This document shows positions 45,901 through 58,293 of a stretch of DNA of 64,000 bases, in pieces (position 1 is the first letter of the stretch; every line of letters starts with the position of its first letter). The stretch covers positions 605,643 to 669,642 of the forward strand of contig CAJINV010000001.1 in the NCBI GenBank assembly GCA_905178155.1, read 5' to 3'. The notes under the pieces were generated by a model. The model was not told where the DNA came from, did no database searches, and saw only the letters and a list, made by a program, of their open reading frames with translations. Both the position numbers and the translations under genes were made by a program. This DNA comes from Amoebophrya sp. A120. Lineage: Eukaryota > Protista > Dinoflagellata.

Positions 45901-48900
45901 CCCCACTCCAAGGGCTTGCATTTCGCCCTCTGCAACGACAAGAACACGTTTAATGCGAGCTTTATGGATTGCAAAAATGTCTGGGTCTGGAAGATTGCGA
46001 CTTGTCATGCTAAATCCGAATCATGCAGAAATCTGTGTTGCATGAGTGCCAAAACCTGTCCGCTTTCGACCAAGTTTGGAGGGAGTTTCTCATGCAGGAT
46101 AGGCATGGCAGAGACCTCACAGACACTGTCATGCTAGGTCCCGCATTCCAGACCTGATGGGTCATGGAAAACCTGCATGACAAGCTTACACTCTTCCAGA
46201 CCCAGACATTTTTGCATTTGATAAGCTTCTCCATGAACGGACAGCTGCTGCTGGCCGCCGGGATCCGACTCCTGCAGACCGTGATCACGTTCGGCGCCAT
46301 GCTCCCCTCCGGGCTGTTCATCCCCTCACTGTTCATCGGCGCGACCGTGGGGCGGTTGGTGGGCAACATCAGCTACTTGGTGGTGCTGGAGCAGCACATC
46401 GAGCCGGGCGTGTTCGCGATGATCGGGGCCGCCGCGATGTATCGTATGTAAAAACGTCCCCACCCCATAGTTGTAGTTGACATGCAAATCTGCATGCTCA
46501 AAATGTTTCTCATGCGGAGCCCCATGAGAACCATTCTCTACTCGTGTTTTGGAATTTGTGATGCTAGAATCAGGATGGCATGCTAGATCTGCGATGCTTC
46601 GGAACTAGCTAAGTAACCAGGATCACACTGTGAGGACAAACTTGTCATGCGAAGTTACCAAAGCTGGTGGATTTGTCTAGCAGATTTCCCAGGTTGACTC
46701 TGGTGTGGGGACGTTTTTACTCAGGATACGATGCTGGCGGGGTTCACGCGGATGACCGTTTCGCTGGTGGTGATCATGTATCCTGTGCAGAAGTATCGTA
46801 CTCGTATAAATGCAAGTCTTGCATTACAAATCTTTTACTTAAGGTAAATGCGCATTACAAATTTCATCTCTCATGCTGAGGAAATTTGTAATGCATTTAT
46901 ACGAGTACGATACTTTTGCAGTTCATACCATGTTCGAGCTCACCGGCGAGCTCACCTACGTGATTCCCTTTATGTGCGCGGTGATCACCGCCAAGGTGGT
47001 GGGCGACCTGTTCACCGGCAGCATCTACGAGGAGCACGCCACTTTGAACGGCTTCGCCAACATTGAGGACACGCCCACCAGCATCCGGCTGGAGGTGCTG
47101 GTGGCGGACCTGGCGAGCGAGTACCCCTGGACCAAGGTGCTGGACGTGGACCAGTATTTTCGGTTCGCGGCGTATGCAAAGAAAAAAGTGTTACAGTTAC
47201 ACATTGTGTTGCAGACCAAGCAAGAGAGACAAGCTCTGTGATGCCGGATATGCATAGGAGCCTCGTTCCATAGGTGTTTTCCCGTAGGATTTCTGCATTA
47301 CAAGTTTTCTCTCTCATGCAGAGAAATTTGTGTTGCTGAATTCACTACACATGTGTAACTGTAACACTTTTTTCGTGGGATACGGCGCTGCGCGACATGG
47401 TGGGGCTGGAACCCGCGACCCTCTGCGCGGACGCGGATCAGCACGACGAGGACCCCACGCACGTGATCGAGTTGGACGAGGGGGAAGATGAAATTGGCAA
47501 TAACAGTGCCGGGGGCGCAGAAATAAAGCCGACACCCACAAGTTCTTCGCAGCTCACCGTGTTCGAGCCGGACTATGTGGGGCCAAATGTGGTCCTGGAG
47601 GACGGCACGACGACGAAAGGGCATTCCAGTTCTGGTTCGCCGCAGGCTGTGCTAAACATAAACAACTCTTCGGCGCGGAAGACGAAAAAGAAGAAGCGCC
47701 GCAAACTGCTTGCGGAGAACCCATTCCGTTCCTCCGACGACGAGGACGATATATGCACTAAAAATGTGTGCGGGTCTGGAATGTTCGAACTAGTAATGCT
47801 GGTCTTACATGACTGTAAAATCTGTGTTGCATAACCAACAAAAGTGGTAGCCTCTCATGTCATACAAAAACGCAGTTTGTCATGCGGAGTTCGTATGAGA
47901 AAGCGTTCTGCAAGCTTGTCATGCTTTCCTGCATAAGGAAGTGTTTTCCTCTTGCACATTTTAGCATCACAAGTTTATTCGAGACCCAGACATACTTATT
48001 TGCATTTGATACGAAAGCGGGGGCGACGATTTGAAGCGGGACCGCGACCGGCTGCTTCGCCGGTCAAAGGAGGGCGCGCCGGAGATGAAGTTGCACTACG
48101 CGGCGAGAAGTCGAACGACTGCGGGTGGAGGTGGTGGTCCCCGGGGAAGCAATCTCCACACCACGACCGAGAGAAACCATCGGAAGTCGGAGCAGGACTC
48201 AGTCATTCTCGTGCGGCGTGGCGTCGGCCCGATCTTCGGGTACATCCGGAAGCGCCGGCTGCGCCAGTGGTTGATCGAAATGATGTATGCATTGCAAAAG
48301 CATCGTACTAGTACGAATAGCATGGCAAATTTGAATTTCTTCAAGAACAAAAATGCAATTTCCATTATGCTGATTTGGCTATAGATAGAAACAAGCATTT
48401 GTCACGAATGGTTACAAATAGTACAACGAGGGCGATATCACTTTTGCAATGCATATGATGCGCGTGGAGGACAACAAGCTGCTCGAAGAGCGGTATTGCT
48501 GCTTCGCGCTGTTCGGCGGCGACGGCCTATCAAAATGAAAAATCCCCCCTCCCCACATCAAAACGAAGACTTGTGTAGCATGATTCTTTGTGATCACAAG
48601 TGAGTCGCGTTGTCATGCTAGAAGGGAACAAGAGATGCGGACTGTAGTGCTGGCTGGAGCGGGAAAGCTTTGCGTCGTCAGCATGACAGGAAGCAACTGG
48701 AAGCGGGATGAAACAGCATGACGCATTGCCTACACATAACGAGGCCACAACTGTGTCCCTTGGTCTTCTAGCAATGCAAGTCGATTTGTGTACTCAAATG
48801 CCGCATCTCAAATTTCGTCTTCGATATGGGGAGGGGGGGACTTTTCCTCACAATACGGCCTGTGGGCGGAGAACATGGACGTGCGGGCGCAAACCTTCCA

Positions 48901-51900
48901 CACCGGCGGTGCCGTGGTCGAGGTGTCCAGCGGCTCTCTGGCGGCGCTGAAGACGGCGGCCCGGCAGGGCCAGGCCGTACTGGGCGTCCCCTCGCCCATG
49001 ACGATGCGCGGGGACCAGAACTTGGCCAGCGGCGGAGTCCCGCAGACGACCAGCAGTACCTTGATCCAGCCACCAGAAGTTGGACTAGCAGGAGCTACGG
49101 GGACAACTTCTACAACTGGCACGACGACTAGCACAACTTTCTCGGCGGCACAGCCCCAGCAGGCCGCGGACGTAGTTGATGCGGCAAGTACCACCCTTGG
49201 GTTCCAGGAGGTAATCGGAAAGCGCAGTGTGGACTTCCCAAGTAGAACCGGGAGGAGTCCAAACATCAGCGGGACCAACATCCTGTCAACGTCTCCGCAG
49301 GAGCAGATCGAGCTGACGACGGTGTTGAACAACGCGTCGACTACTTCGCCGAGTAAGGCTGTTCATCCCGGCAGCGTATGCATTGCAAAACTATCGTAAT
49401 CGTACAACTTCTAGCGTAAAATGCATTACAAATAATTCGCCCAGCATAACGAATGAAATTTGTAAAGCGGATTCAGCTTGAGAAAGAGCTTTGTAATGCA
49501 GAAATGCAATAATTACTACGAGATCGAGAACGAGTGCGATACTCTTGCAGAGGATACAGTGGGTCGGACGACAACTTCCACATGATTTCTTCGTCGCGGG
49601 ACGGGGCGCACAGCAAGAACTCCTCCAGCTCGACGTCCTCCTACGGGGCGTCCAGTATATGCATTGCAAATTTGATGTCTGTTTCTGGAAGAGTGCAATT
49701 TGTGATGCAAACTCTGGATCACGCAAAGATTTATGTTGCGTGAGCGCCAAAAACTGGCCATGTATTTTTGCCACAAAGCTTGTGAGTTTCTCGCGCAGGA
49801 CAGCCATTAGGACCACATGTGAGCAAAACTCGTACAACATAAGGCCTTTGATGCCTTTTCCGGAGCATCTGTGTGATTCGAAAGATGCATGACAAACTTA
49901 ACTCCTGCATTCATCCAGAGGGCCCAGACATTAAATTTGCCATGGATACAGTAACGACTTCAACGACCCGGTGGTGGCTGCCATGGGGACGACCGGAGGC
50001 AATCACGCAGTGAAGTCGTCTTCTTCAACTTCCCCCGGGGGTCGTGCGACTAATAAAAATCACGGCAGCTACTATTTGGATAACTCCAGGTCGTCCGATG
50101 CCCATGGTGTCGCTGGGGCGGACAAAAAAAGTAGGGAATCGCCCACCACACAGCAACTAGACCGACGCATCATCGTGTTGCCGGCGGACCGGCTATGCAT
50201 GGCAAATATGTCATCTGGGTTGGAACGATGGAGTCAACTTGTGATGCGGATTTTGCAATAGATTGCATAGCCAGGAAAAGTTGTAGATGTCCGGTTTTTG
50301 TCTCCAGGAAGAGATGGTATTTCTCATGTAGACTTCTACGAATGAGAAGCGTTCTGATAGATAACTTGTCATGCTCTCTAAGCATAATTCCACATCTTCT
50401 CGCAATTGCAAAAACTGCATGATATCCATTTTCTTTGAGACCCAAACATATTTGCAATTGATACCCGCTCCCCGCAAACGAATCGGACGACCCGACGCCG
50501 ATCGCGGGGGAGAACCGCGGGCGCGTCTTACCCTCGAGAAAAACGCAGGCAGGGCATAAGTATTTGTGATGCAAAAATTAGCACACAGAAAAATCTGTAT
50601 TGCGTAGCCTATAAACTGCATGCCAGAACAAGACCCCACCGATGGCAAATTTTTCTGTGTATTTGTTTTCGCATCACAGATATGTCCTGCCTGCTTTTTT
50701 CTGTGGGATACGTCCGGCTCCCGACACAGACCGGCTCGGCAGGGGACGAGAACAATGTGGGAGCAAGCAATCACATCGTGGACATCGAGCTAGTATGAAT
50801 TGCAAAATTAATATCGTGCTAGTACAAATTGCATTACAAATTATGACGCAGCATTTCTACAATTTGTAATGCGGATTTACCTCGGCAACTACATGTGTGA
50901 TGCCTATGCATAACTACAAATGCTTTTGCAATGCATAACAGGCGGACGACGAGGTGATCGCGGAGGATGTGTCTTTCTTGGTAGACATACGAGAGTGCAC
51001 AGTGAGCTTTCGTTCCCCGCATTTGTCATGCGGAAGCCCAAATAATCCCGGCGCAGCCTTGTGGCATCGTTTACATGACAAATTATTCTAGAATTATCCC
51101 AAAGAGTACTAATATTCTCCTGCGCATGAACTTGTCTTGCACAGGCTCCACGTGTGCTGGTGTTTGTATTGCTGCTCGTGCTATTAAATGCGAATGACGG
51201 GGAGGGGGAGTTGCTTGATGTGCGCTCTCATAGGACACGCACTTGGCCCGCCTCTCCATGGACGCCCACATCCTTATCTTACAGAAAAAAGCAGGCATGG
51301 ATATATTTGTATTGCAAAAATCAATACGCAAAAAAATTGCGTACCCTTAGCAGGATGCTATGGGCTCGCCCATGACAGATTTTTCTGCTCATCATTTTCT
51401 CCATTACAAACTGGCCCCGCCTGCTTTCTTCTGTGTGATAATCGTCACACTGTTCTGCGTGTTTCACCAGAACTTATCAAACGCAAATGAGTCTGAGTCT
51501 AGAGGTTTGTCATGCAGGTTTTCCCTTCCCCTTGATGTCTGGAATGCAGGACGTAGCATCTTCACAGACCTACGAGGTCCACTTTAGTGCAATGCCCGTC
51601 CCGCATGAGAGACCGACGTCGTCCTCTGAAATCGACCAAAAGAGCTGGGCAATATTGCATCAGAGAGTTCTGATGTGTGGCGCACAACACGCATTACAAT
51701 TTTGCATGTGTGTCTCCAGACGACCCAGACAACATATTTGCAATGCATAGAGCCCGAGCCTGCGCTACGTCGTGTGCTCGTCCAACCAGGGCCGCAAGCT
51801 GGGCCTGGTGTCCCGGTCCGCCTTCGTGCGTGCGCTCTGCGACCACAACTTCGCGCAGCCGCCGATCCATCTCGGAATCGACGAGGAAGTCGTATGCCTT

Positions 51901-52279
51901 GCAAATATGTCGGGGTCTGGAAATGGAGAACCTGTGTTGCTTGTTTCGCATTCCTGAAAAATCTGTATTGCATATTCAGCACCAGAAGCTGCGCCACTTT
52001 TTCATTGTGCAACGTCGCAGCTTGTAATGCGCACTACGCACCATCTAAAAGTTTAAGTTTGTGATGCTTCACTGCGCTGGATTAAAAGCTAAAGGCGCAC
52101 TCGGTTAATTTCAGCATTCAGCATCACATGTTTCCGGACGGAGACATATTTGCATTTGATAAGTCAGCGGCGGGAGCAACACGCAGTGTCTCCCCTTTTA
52201 CTTCGGCACGCAGGCGGGGTTGCCCGGCGTACCCACGATGCCCTCATCCACGAGGTCTTCGTTCGCCTCGCGGGTGTGA
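42951..52279 (+). CDS. CLC chloride/proton antiporter (CLC-3/4/5-like) with a CBS-like C-terminus; 17 clear introners plus 2 other introns
   Basis: GSGIPEVK, GKEGP, AFGAPLGGVLFAVEE, PSGLFIPSLFIGA, GFTRMTVSLVVIMFELTG, SIYEEH; CBS-like KLGLVSRSAF. Confidence 0.92.
43446..44160. other. GC/homopolymer-rich insertion inside CLC intron 1 (about 43412-44294); boundaries approximate
   Basis: Abrupt compositional shift; no coding continuity. Confidence 0.4.
44774..45001. mobile_element. Introner, family E
   Basis: TIRs; TSD GTATG/GTACG. Confidence 0.9.
45963..46223. mobile_element. Introner, family A
   Basis: TIRs; TSD AGCTT/AGCTT. Confidence 0.9.
46440..46728. mobile_element. Introner, family B
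   Basis: TIRs; TSD CGATG/CGATG; removal restores GAAAMLAGFTR. Confidence 0.9.
46779..46927. mobile_element. Introner, family F
   Basis: TIRs; TSD TCATG/CCATG; removal restores VVIMFELTG. Confidence 0.9.
47173..47382. mobile_element. Introner, family D
   Basis: TIRs; TSD CGGCG/CGGCG. Confidence 0.9.
47752..48011. mobile_element. Introner, family A
   Basis: TIRs; TSD CGATA/CGAAA. Confidence 0.85.
48286..48455. mobile_element. Introner, family F
   Basis: TIRs; TSD TGATG/TGATG. Confidence 0.88.
48528..48855. mobile_element. Introner, family C
   Basis: TIRs; TSD CGGCC/CGGCC. Confidence 0.9.
49377..49556. mobile_element. Introner, family F
   Basis: TIRs; TSD CAGCG/CAGTG. Confidence 0.85.
49658..49948. 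mobile_element. Introner, family A (diverged)
   Basis: TIRs; TSD CAGTA/CAGTA. Confidence 0.85.
50194..50463. mobile_element. Introner, family A (diverged)
   Basis: TIRs; TSD CCGGC/CCCGC. Confidence 0.85.
50529..50710. mobile_element. Introner, family G
   Basis: TIRs; TSD CGTCT/CGTCC. Confidence 0.8.
50794..50937. mobile_element. Introner, family F; now a GT-AG intron (50793-50941)
   Basis: TIRs; TSD GCTAG/ACAGG. Confidence 0.82.
50988..51232. mobile_element. Introner, family E
   Basis: TIRs; TSD AGACA/GGACA. Confidence 0.85.
51275..51440. mobile_element. Introner, family G
   Basis: TIRs; TSD ATCCT/ATCGT. Confidence 0.85.
51475..51749. mobile_element. Introner, family A (diverged)
   Basis: TIRs; TSD GAACT/GAGCC. 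Confidence 0.8.
51893..52161. mobile_element. Introner, family A
   Basis: TIRs; TSD AGTCG/AGTCA. Confidence 0.85.
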
Positions 52280-52878
52280 GATAAAATTTCGGCTGGACAT
52301 AAGAGCTCGATATTTTTCTTCGTCGCGAAAGCGCCTCAGATTCTTGCAAGCGACTTTGTCGTCATCGTCCGGAGACTCTTCGCAAAAGATGTACGTAGAG
52401 GGATTTGATGAATAGGACTGCACTTCTCGAGGTGGAAGCAATTGCCTCGGAAAGAAAGATCTGTCTTCGTCGGAGTTGTTCCTCTACCGGATTTGACACA
52501 ACTGCTTTACTCACCACCCCTACCGTGTCCTGTTCAAAATCACAAAACGCGGGTCATCATCAAGACGAGAGACGTACGAGTAAAGTAATAAACCCAGTCA
52601 ATTTCAACTATACTTACATAGGCGTCTCATTGATTCAATCAGGGGAGTCGTAAATGTTTCGGCAGTGAGCGGGTTTTTTGCATTTGTCAACATCGTGGGG
52701 TCACGTGCTGGCCTATGGAGGTTTCCTCTCCTGTTTCCAATATCTTCTCTCTAGGTATCGTCCATATTTTTTTCTCAACCAGTGTCCGCGGGTTGATGAA
52801 AAGGGTTAGGTCTACAGTAGCAGTTTGAATAAAGAGAAGGAGAGGGAGACAAAATGCTGCTTTAACGACACAAAACTC

Positions 52879-55217
52879 ATGCCAGCAGGAGTGACGTTTT
52901 TTCCTGCCCGGTCCCGAGTGGGCGTTTCCTGTCTTTGGATTTGTCTCAACCACGTGACGAGGAATTCACAGCAGGGCCTTTTTGTCGCGGCCATCGCGGT
53001 GCAGGAAGAACATGAACATCAACAGTCCGCGGACAAACATGCTGCGGCCGCGGACGCGGCTAAGATGGAGCGTAAGAACATAGCGGAAAAATCTTCCGAC
53101 GGAGCTTGGCTCGTCGGGGCAGACGGCAAATCCCGTGTCGCGGACGTGGAGGAGCAGGAGACGGATGTATCTTCTGCAGACGTATCGTACTTGTCTAAAT
53201 TGCAGCTATGCATCAAGACAAGTCTAGTTTCTAGACTTGAATCAGCATGACATTTTCTTTTTGAGGCAATTTTTTACGAGTACGAAATTTTACTACTGCA
53301 TAGGATGTGGGTACAGACGATGAAGAACTGGAGCAGCACACGCCGACCAGCACAAACAGTGACGGAGGATCTGCTTTGCCGCGGACAGCAGGAGCTGCAC
53401 ACAACGGGGAAAGTGGCTTCGTCGAGTTGGTTGTCAAAACCGGGGAAAACACCAAGGGAGCTATCATGTACGACTACAACAGCTCACAGATGGAGAAGGA
53501 CGAGCTCTTGCCGGGTGAAGCCACGAAGAACGGCACGAACATCACGCTTCTGATGAATGACACTTATGGTGATGTGCTGAATTTGCCACCGACTGGCTAT
53601 GCCAGTCCAGTGGACGAGTTGGAGTTACTCCACTACAATTTCGCCGCCCAAGAGGGGCTTCAGTCGCAGGTAGTTGGTTCAGTTTCTTCGGTCTTTCCGT
53701 TCACGCAGTGTCATGCTGTTTTAGTTTTTTACAGAAAAAAGTTTTTTCTGTCCGTGCAAGTAATAAATTTTGTGATGTTCTTACAGTGCGAGCGGTCATA
53801 CTTACGATAGACAGAAACGCTAACGAAGCTGAAGGTACGAAACAACTTCACACTCAACAGGACGAGACGCTGACAACCAGGCTTATGACAAAGTGGAAGA
53901 TCACCCCGTATGGAGCGCAGCTCGGTGTGAAAACGTTTCGCTAAACAGGTACGAGCTTGGGAATTTCGCTATTGCGCGGTAGTACAGAAAGGTAATTGAT
54001 GGTTCATCAAGCCCATGTTCTACATGTGTCTGCATTTTGATGTGGTGTGCCTTTGTCACTCGCATTGTTTCATCTCCCATCACCACTCAAGAATCCACAG
54101 GTCGCTGGACGGTTTTTATGAAGCTCTACCGCAATGGCCTCTTACCCGCCTACGAGGGCCTGGACAAGAGCGGGGATTTCGTGTTGGACGCGTCCGAGCA
54201 CCAGTGTCTATCCCAGAGAAGAAATAGACCTAGCTCGTCACATTTGGGACGATGCAAAGAAAAATCTATACAATAGACAGAGGCACAGGTGTGCCGTGGC
54301 CAGCTCTATTACAGATTTTTCCGAGGCTTCTACTCCAGATCAAGATCATTTCAAAAATGTTTTCTGCGTTGCGAATAAGATATTTTTTCTCTGGGATAGG
54401 GGCCGTTGGAAGCAGATAAGAACAGGGACAAGCTCTTAGACGGTACGGAGTACGCAGGGCATTGCTGCCAGGAGTCTACAACTGCTTCTACCGACGCAAC
54501 CAGCGCTCAGGTAGTTACCTGTCTGTTCTGAAGTTTCTTTGATCAACCCACGCGCTGTGACTATATGTGATTTTGATGACCGATTATGAGATGCAGGCTG
54601 AGAAGTACAGCTTGAGGAAAGCGAGGGTTACGACTTTGCGCACATTGTACAAAAAACACAGAGCTCTGCCGCCTCTGCTTCGGGAAACGGTGCCGCTGCG
54701 GGCAGTTTCGTACAAAAGAGGTTGGCGCCGGGATCGTGGGGATGCTGCGAAGCACCTGAAAACTTACAGGACAGCGAGTTGGACTTCGGCAGGCCGGAAC
54801 AACAACAAGGGCATCAAGAGGGCACGGTGATACCCGTGATCACCGAGACAGACAAGGAGGAAATTGCGGCGGGCGTCTTTCCGCTTTTGTGGCCGGAGCA
54901 CAAGAACTGTCCCGGCGACTGGAACCTACCGCGGTACCATATTTTCAATAAAGCAAACCGTAGATGCAGTACTCTCAGTTCTAACTGGTACAATCTCGCT
55001 TGGCGGATTCATGCTGTTTGGGATTCAAAAAAGAATTTGGCGAAAATGTCTCTCGGACATCAAAACGGAAATGACCGAGCACCTGAAGAAGAGCTCCGCT
55101 CCCGGCTGGTTTGGTGCGACAGAACGAAAAGAGCTTGAGGAAAGACTTCTCTGGGTGATTACAGATGATGTTGTTGATGAGTGGTGTGGGCCTCTTCCTG
55201 GTTACGAAATCGGCTAA
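52879..55217 (+). CDS. Hypothetical multi-exon protein (exon structure and 3' end uncertain)
   Basis: ORF 52825-53250 joins 53307-53810 on removal of introner 53168; further short GT-AG-flanked coding-like segments follow. Confidence 0.45.
53168..53302. mobile_element. Introner, family F (short)
   Basis: TIR remnants; TSD GGATG/GGATG. Confidence 0.82.
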
Positions 55218-55700
55218 AAAAACCTTGGTTACGCACAAGAATCTCGTTCGCCCAGGCATCCAATCTTCTTGTAAGTAGCAGTGCGATCAATAATAAGTAT
55301 CGAGCACCGGTACCGGAAAACAGCAAAAGTCGTGGAGGCGTACATAACTCGCGACTGAGATCAGCCAGAGTCGTGGGATGATCCTAGGCTTGCCAGCTGT
55401 GCCTAGTTCTCCGACGACGCATGTGTGGGTGTTCACTTTCGAATTTTCATCAGGCCTTACTTGGCGCATCCCACATCTGTGTTATTACACGTTGAATGCG
55501 AGGCGTTAGCAGGAGAAAATTCGGAATGGTCCAGTGTTTGCAGATTGCTACCGTCATCTGATAGAGATCAATTTGGTTTCTGTATACAGAAGCGCGCTTT
55601 CTTTCGTCATCGGTCGCCGTGGTTCGGATGCTGGGGGACGTCTTAGCTTATATGGCCTGAGGACCCACAGTTTCGGAATCTATCGCATTGAAAGCTACGA

Positions 55701-58156
55701 ATGTTGCACGCCTGTCCGTCGTCCCTGACGCTCCTCACTGCGCGAACTACTGCTAGTAGTTGTTCGTCTTCCACTACGCAGAATTATGCGCGAAGACACT
55801 ACGCACCGTTGCAGCAGCTGCTGCTGTTCTCCCCAGCGGGACCAACGTCGCTGCAGATCCGAACGAAATACACCAAGACGAACTCGTACCGCGTCCCCGC
55901 ACGGCACGCCGAGTTTTCGCGGGCGTACGACAAACGAACGCACGTGGGAATCCGCGCCTTGTCCGCAGAGTACGTGGAAACGGGGAGAACCGTGGTGAAA
56001 CAGAGGAAATACATATCGAAAAACCCGAACGTGACTCGGTAATACTTAGTTGTTTCGTCTCTGATGCGCGCGTTGCGATGATAAATGATAAAGCTAAATT
56101 ATGCCAAAGGCCAGGACTGGTTCCAGTTGCTGGATCGCAGTAATAAATGAATTTCTCGTTGACGGTGCACGATTATCAACAATTATCCACTCGATGATTC
56201 ACAGCCGGCAGAAGCATTTCAAATTGTACCCGGGAGAAAATGTTTATGTGGACAAGGACACGAGTCTGGTCGCGATGTGCAGCGGCCGCGTGAAGTTCAC
56301 CCACGACACGGAGCGGGACGTGAAGATTGCGAACGTGCTCCCGGTATCCTGTGCAAAAGTATCGTACTCGTATTGCAGTCATGCATTAGTACAAATCCTG
56401 TTCTTAAGGCAAATTAGCGCGCACATGCACGCGCGCGGCGGGGAAGATGGGCGCGGCCTGTTTGCGAGGGAAGAGAAGGGCGGAGGCAATGCGGGAGCCA
56501 GGACGCAGCCCGGATTTTATCAAAAAGGTACGGCCTAAGGCCTCGGGAACGCCGAGCATACCCGCGCACTTCTTCGTGAATCGCCCCCCGCTTTTTGTGC
56601 GCCAGCTGTGTCGGAATGAAAAAGAAAAAAAAAAAGAAAAGAAAAGAAAAGGAAAAAAAAAAGAAGGGAAAAAAAAAAAATGAAAAAGAAAAGAAAAAAA
56701 AAACCAAAAAAAAAAACGCGAAAACCGACCGGCGTGCAGCCGCAAAATCCCTGGTCCACGTCTACCACCAGAAGTATTCCGACCGCGGGGCGCTCCTGAA
56801 AACTGAAAAACTGCGCGCGAATTGCCTAGCAAAAAAAAAATAAAAAAAAATTAGCATTACAAATTTCATTTCTCATGCTGAGGAAATTTGTAATGCATTT
56901 ATACGAGTGCGATACTTTTGCAATTCATACCCGGAAGCCCGCGAAGAGCTTTTGGAGGACGACTTGTGGCGGTACCGGACGGAACACGTCCGCAGCATGG
57001 AAGAAAACAAGGTCCTGGTCGCGTTGCGGCAGAAAGCGCTGCCGGTTTTCGGCAAAACGTGGGTTTCCCCACCGACGGGGATGCGACCGGCGCCTGTATG
57101 CATTGCAAAAATGTCTGGGTCTGGAAGGTTGCAACGTGTGATGCTGTCTCTGGAAGGTAAAAAAATCTGTATTGCATGACTAGCAAGACGAGGAGTTCAG
57201 TTTGTGCTACGCGGAGTGGGCGTTTCTCATGCGGAATACGCATCAGAAGGCCCTTCAAAAATCTGCGATGCTAGGCCATGCATTACAGGCATCACGGGTT
57301 ATGCAAAATATGCATGACAAATCTCGCAATCTCCCAGACCTAGACACTTTCGCATTTGATAGCCTGTGCGGCTGAGCAAGAACCGAGACAGCTGGAGCAA
57401 TCCGCACGTCCAGGACCCGAACGAATTTGTCGAGCACGCGTACCTATCTAGTGCAAATATCGATACGGGTCAGCTTGTCATGCGAAGGCTCGATCACAAA
57501 AAAACTTGTGTTGCACGAACGCCAAAACCTAATGCCCAATTCTTGCTAGGAAAAAGTAAAAGGCGGACTTCTCATGCCGAATAGGCATGAGGAAGGTTTC
57601 GCAAATAAATCTGTGATGCTTCTGTGTGCAGCATTGCACACCATCTCCGTTGTAGTCCGCGAAATTAATGCATGACAAATCTTGCACTCTTCCAGACCCA
57701 GACATATTTGCAACCGATAGCACCCCATACACAAGGACCGGGAGCTGCTGCGGCAAAAAATCCGGGAGAGATCTATGAACAGGTATTGTGAGGAAAAATC
57801 CCCCCTCCCCATATCGAAAAGGCACGTTTCCGAAAATTTGCGTTGCTGATTTGAGGTCACAAATCACGTCTGTCTTGCAAGAAGACAAGGGCAAAAGCTT
57901 CGCCCCCATTATGGAGGCGATTTGTCATGCTGTTGGGCCTAAAGCGGAGCCGTTTGCCATGCTGAACAACTAGACCGATACGCCCCTGCATAGCCTGGGG
58001 ATCTGGCCGCGATGCCTTCCGGCAATACAAAGCCGATTTGTGTACACAAATCCCGCATCACAGATTTCCATTTCGATATGGGGTGGGGGGATTTATCCTT
58101 TTGATAGCAGGATGCGTGCCGCGAGGAGCCCGATCGGAATATCCAACATGAGATAG
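55701..58156 (+). CDS. MRPL27: Mitochondrial-type ribosomal protein bL27 with a C-terminal extension (GT-AG intron 56039-56204 plus 4 introners)
   Basis: Presequence-like N-terminus; GIRALSAEYVETGRTVVKQR...KLYPGENVYVDKDTSLVAMCSGRVKF matches the L27 pattern (V..G.IIVRQR...PG.NV..GKD.TL.AL..G.VKF). Confidence 0.78.
56345..56929. mobile_element. Introner, family F, carrying a nested insertion (about 56419-56847)
   Basis: TSD CCCGG/CCCGG; both flanks match the uninterrupted sister 46779-46927. Confidence 0.88.
57097..57361. mobile_element. Introner, family A
   Basis: TIRs; TSD GCCTG/GCCTG. Confidence 0.9.
57445..57719. mobile_element. Introner, family A (left TIR diverged)
   Basis: TSD GTACC/GCACC. 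Confidence 0.82.
57784..58106. mobile_element. Introner, family C; forms GT-AG intron 57783-58110
   Basis: TIRs; TSD ACAGG/GCAGG. Confidence 0.9.
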
Positions 58157-58293
58157 TTATTTTTACGAAGAACAAAGTACACTGGAGCACTTTTTATCTT
58201 TTGTCAATGCATTGAATACTTCCATGATCTGCTTGATTGTTTCTTCTTCAGCGTCGTGCTGTTTTTCGGACGCGCTCTGTGTGCGCTAAGTAA

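Noticed and set aside
1246-57258. Recurrent peptide motifs in the ORF track ([34 protein letters not shown]) as a protein repeat family
   Set aside because: They are translations of family-A TIRs in several frames and on both strands, not real proteins.
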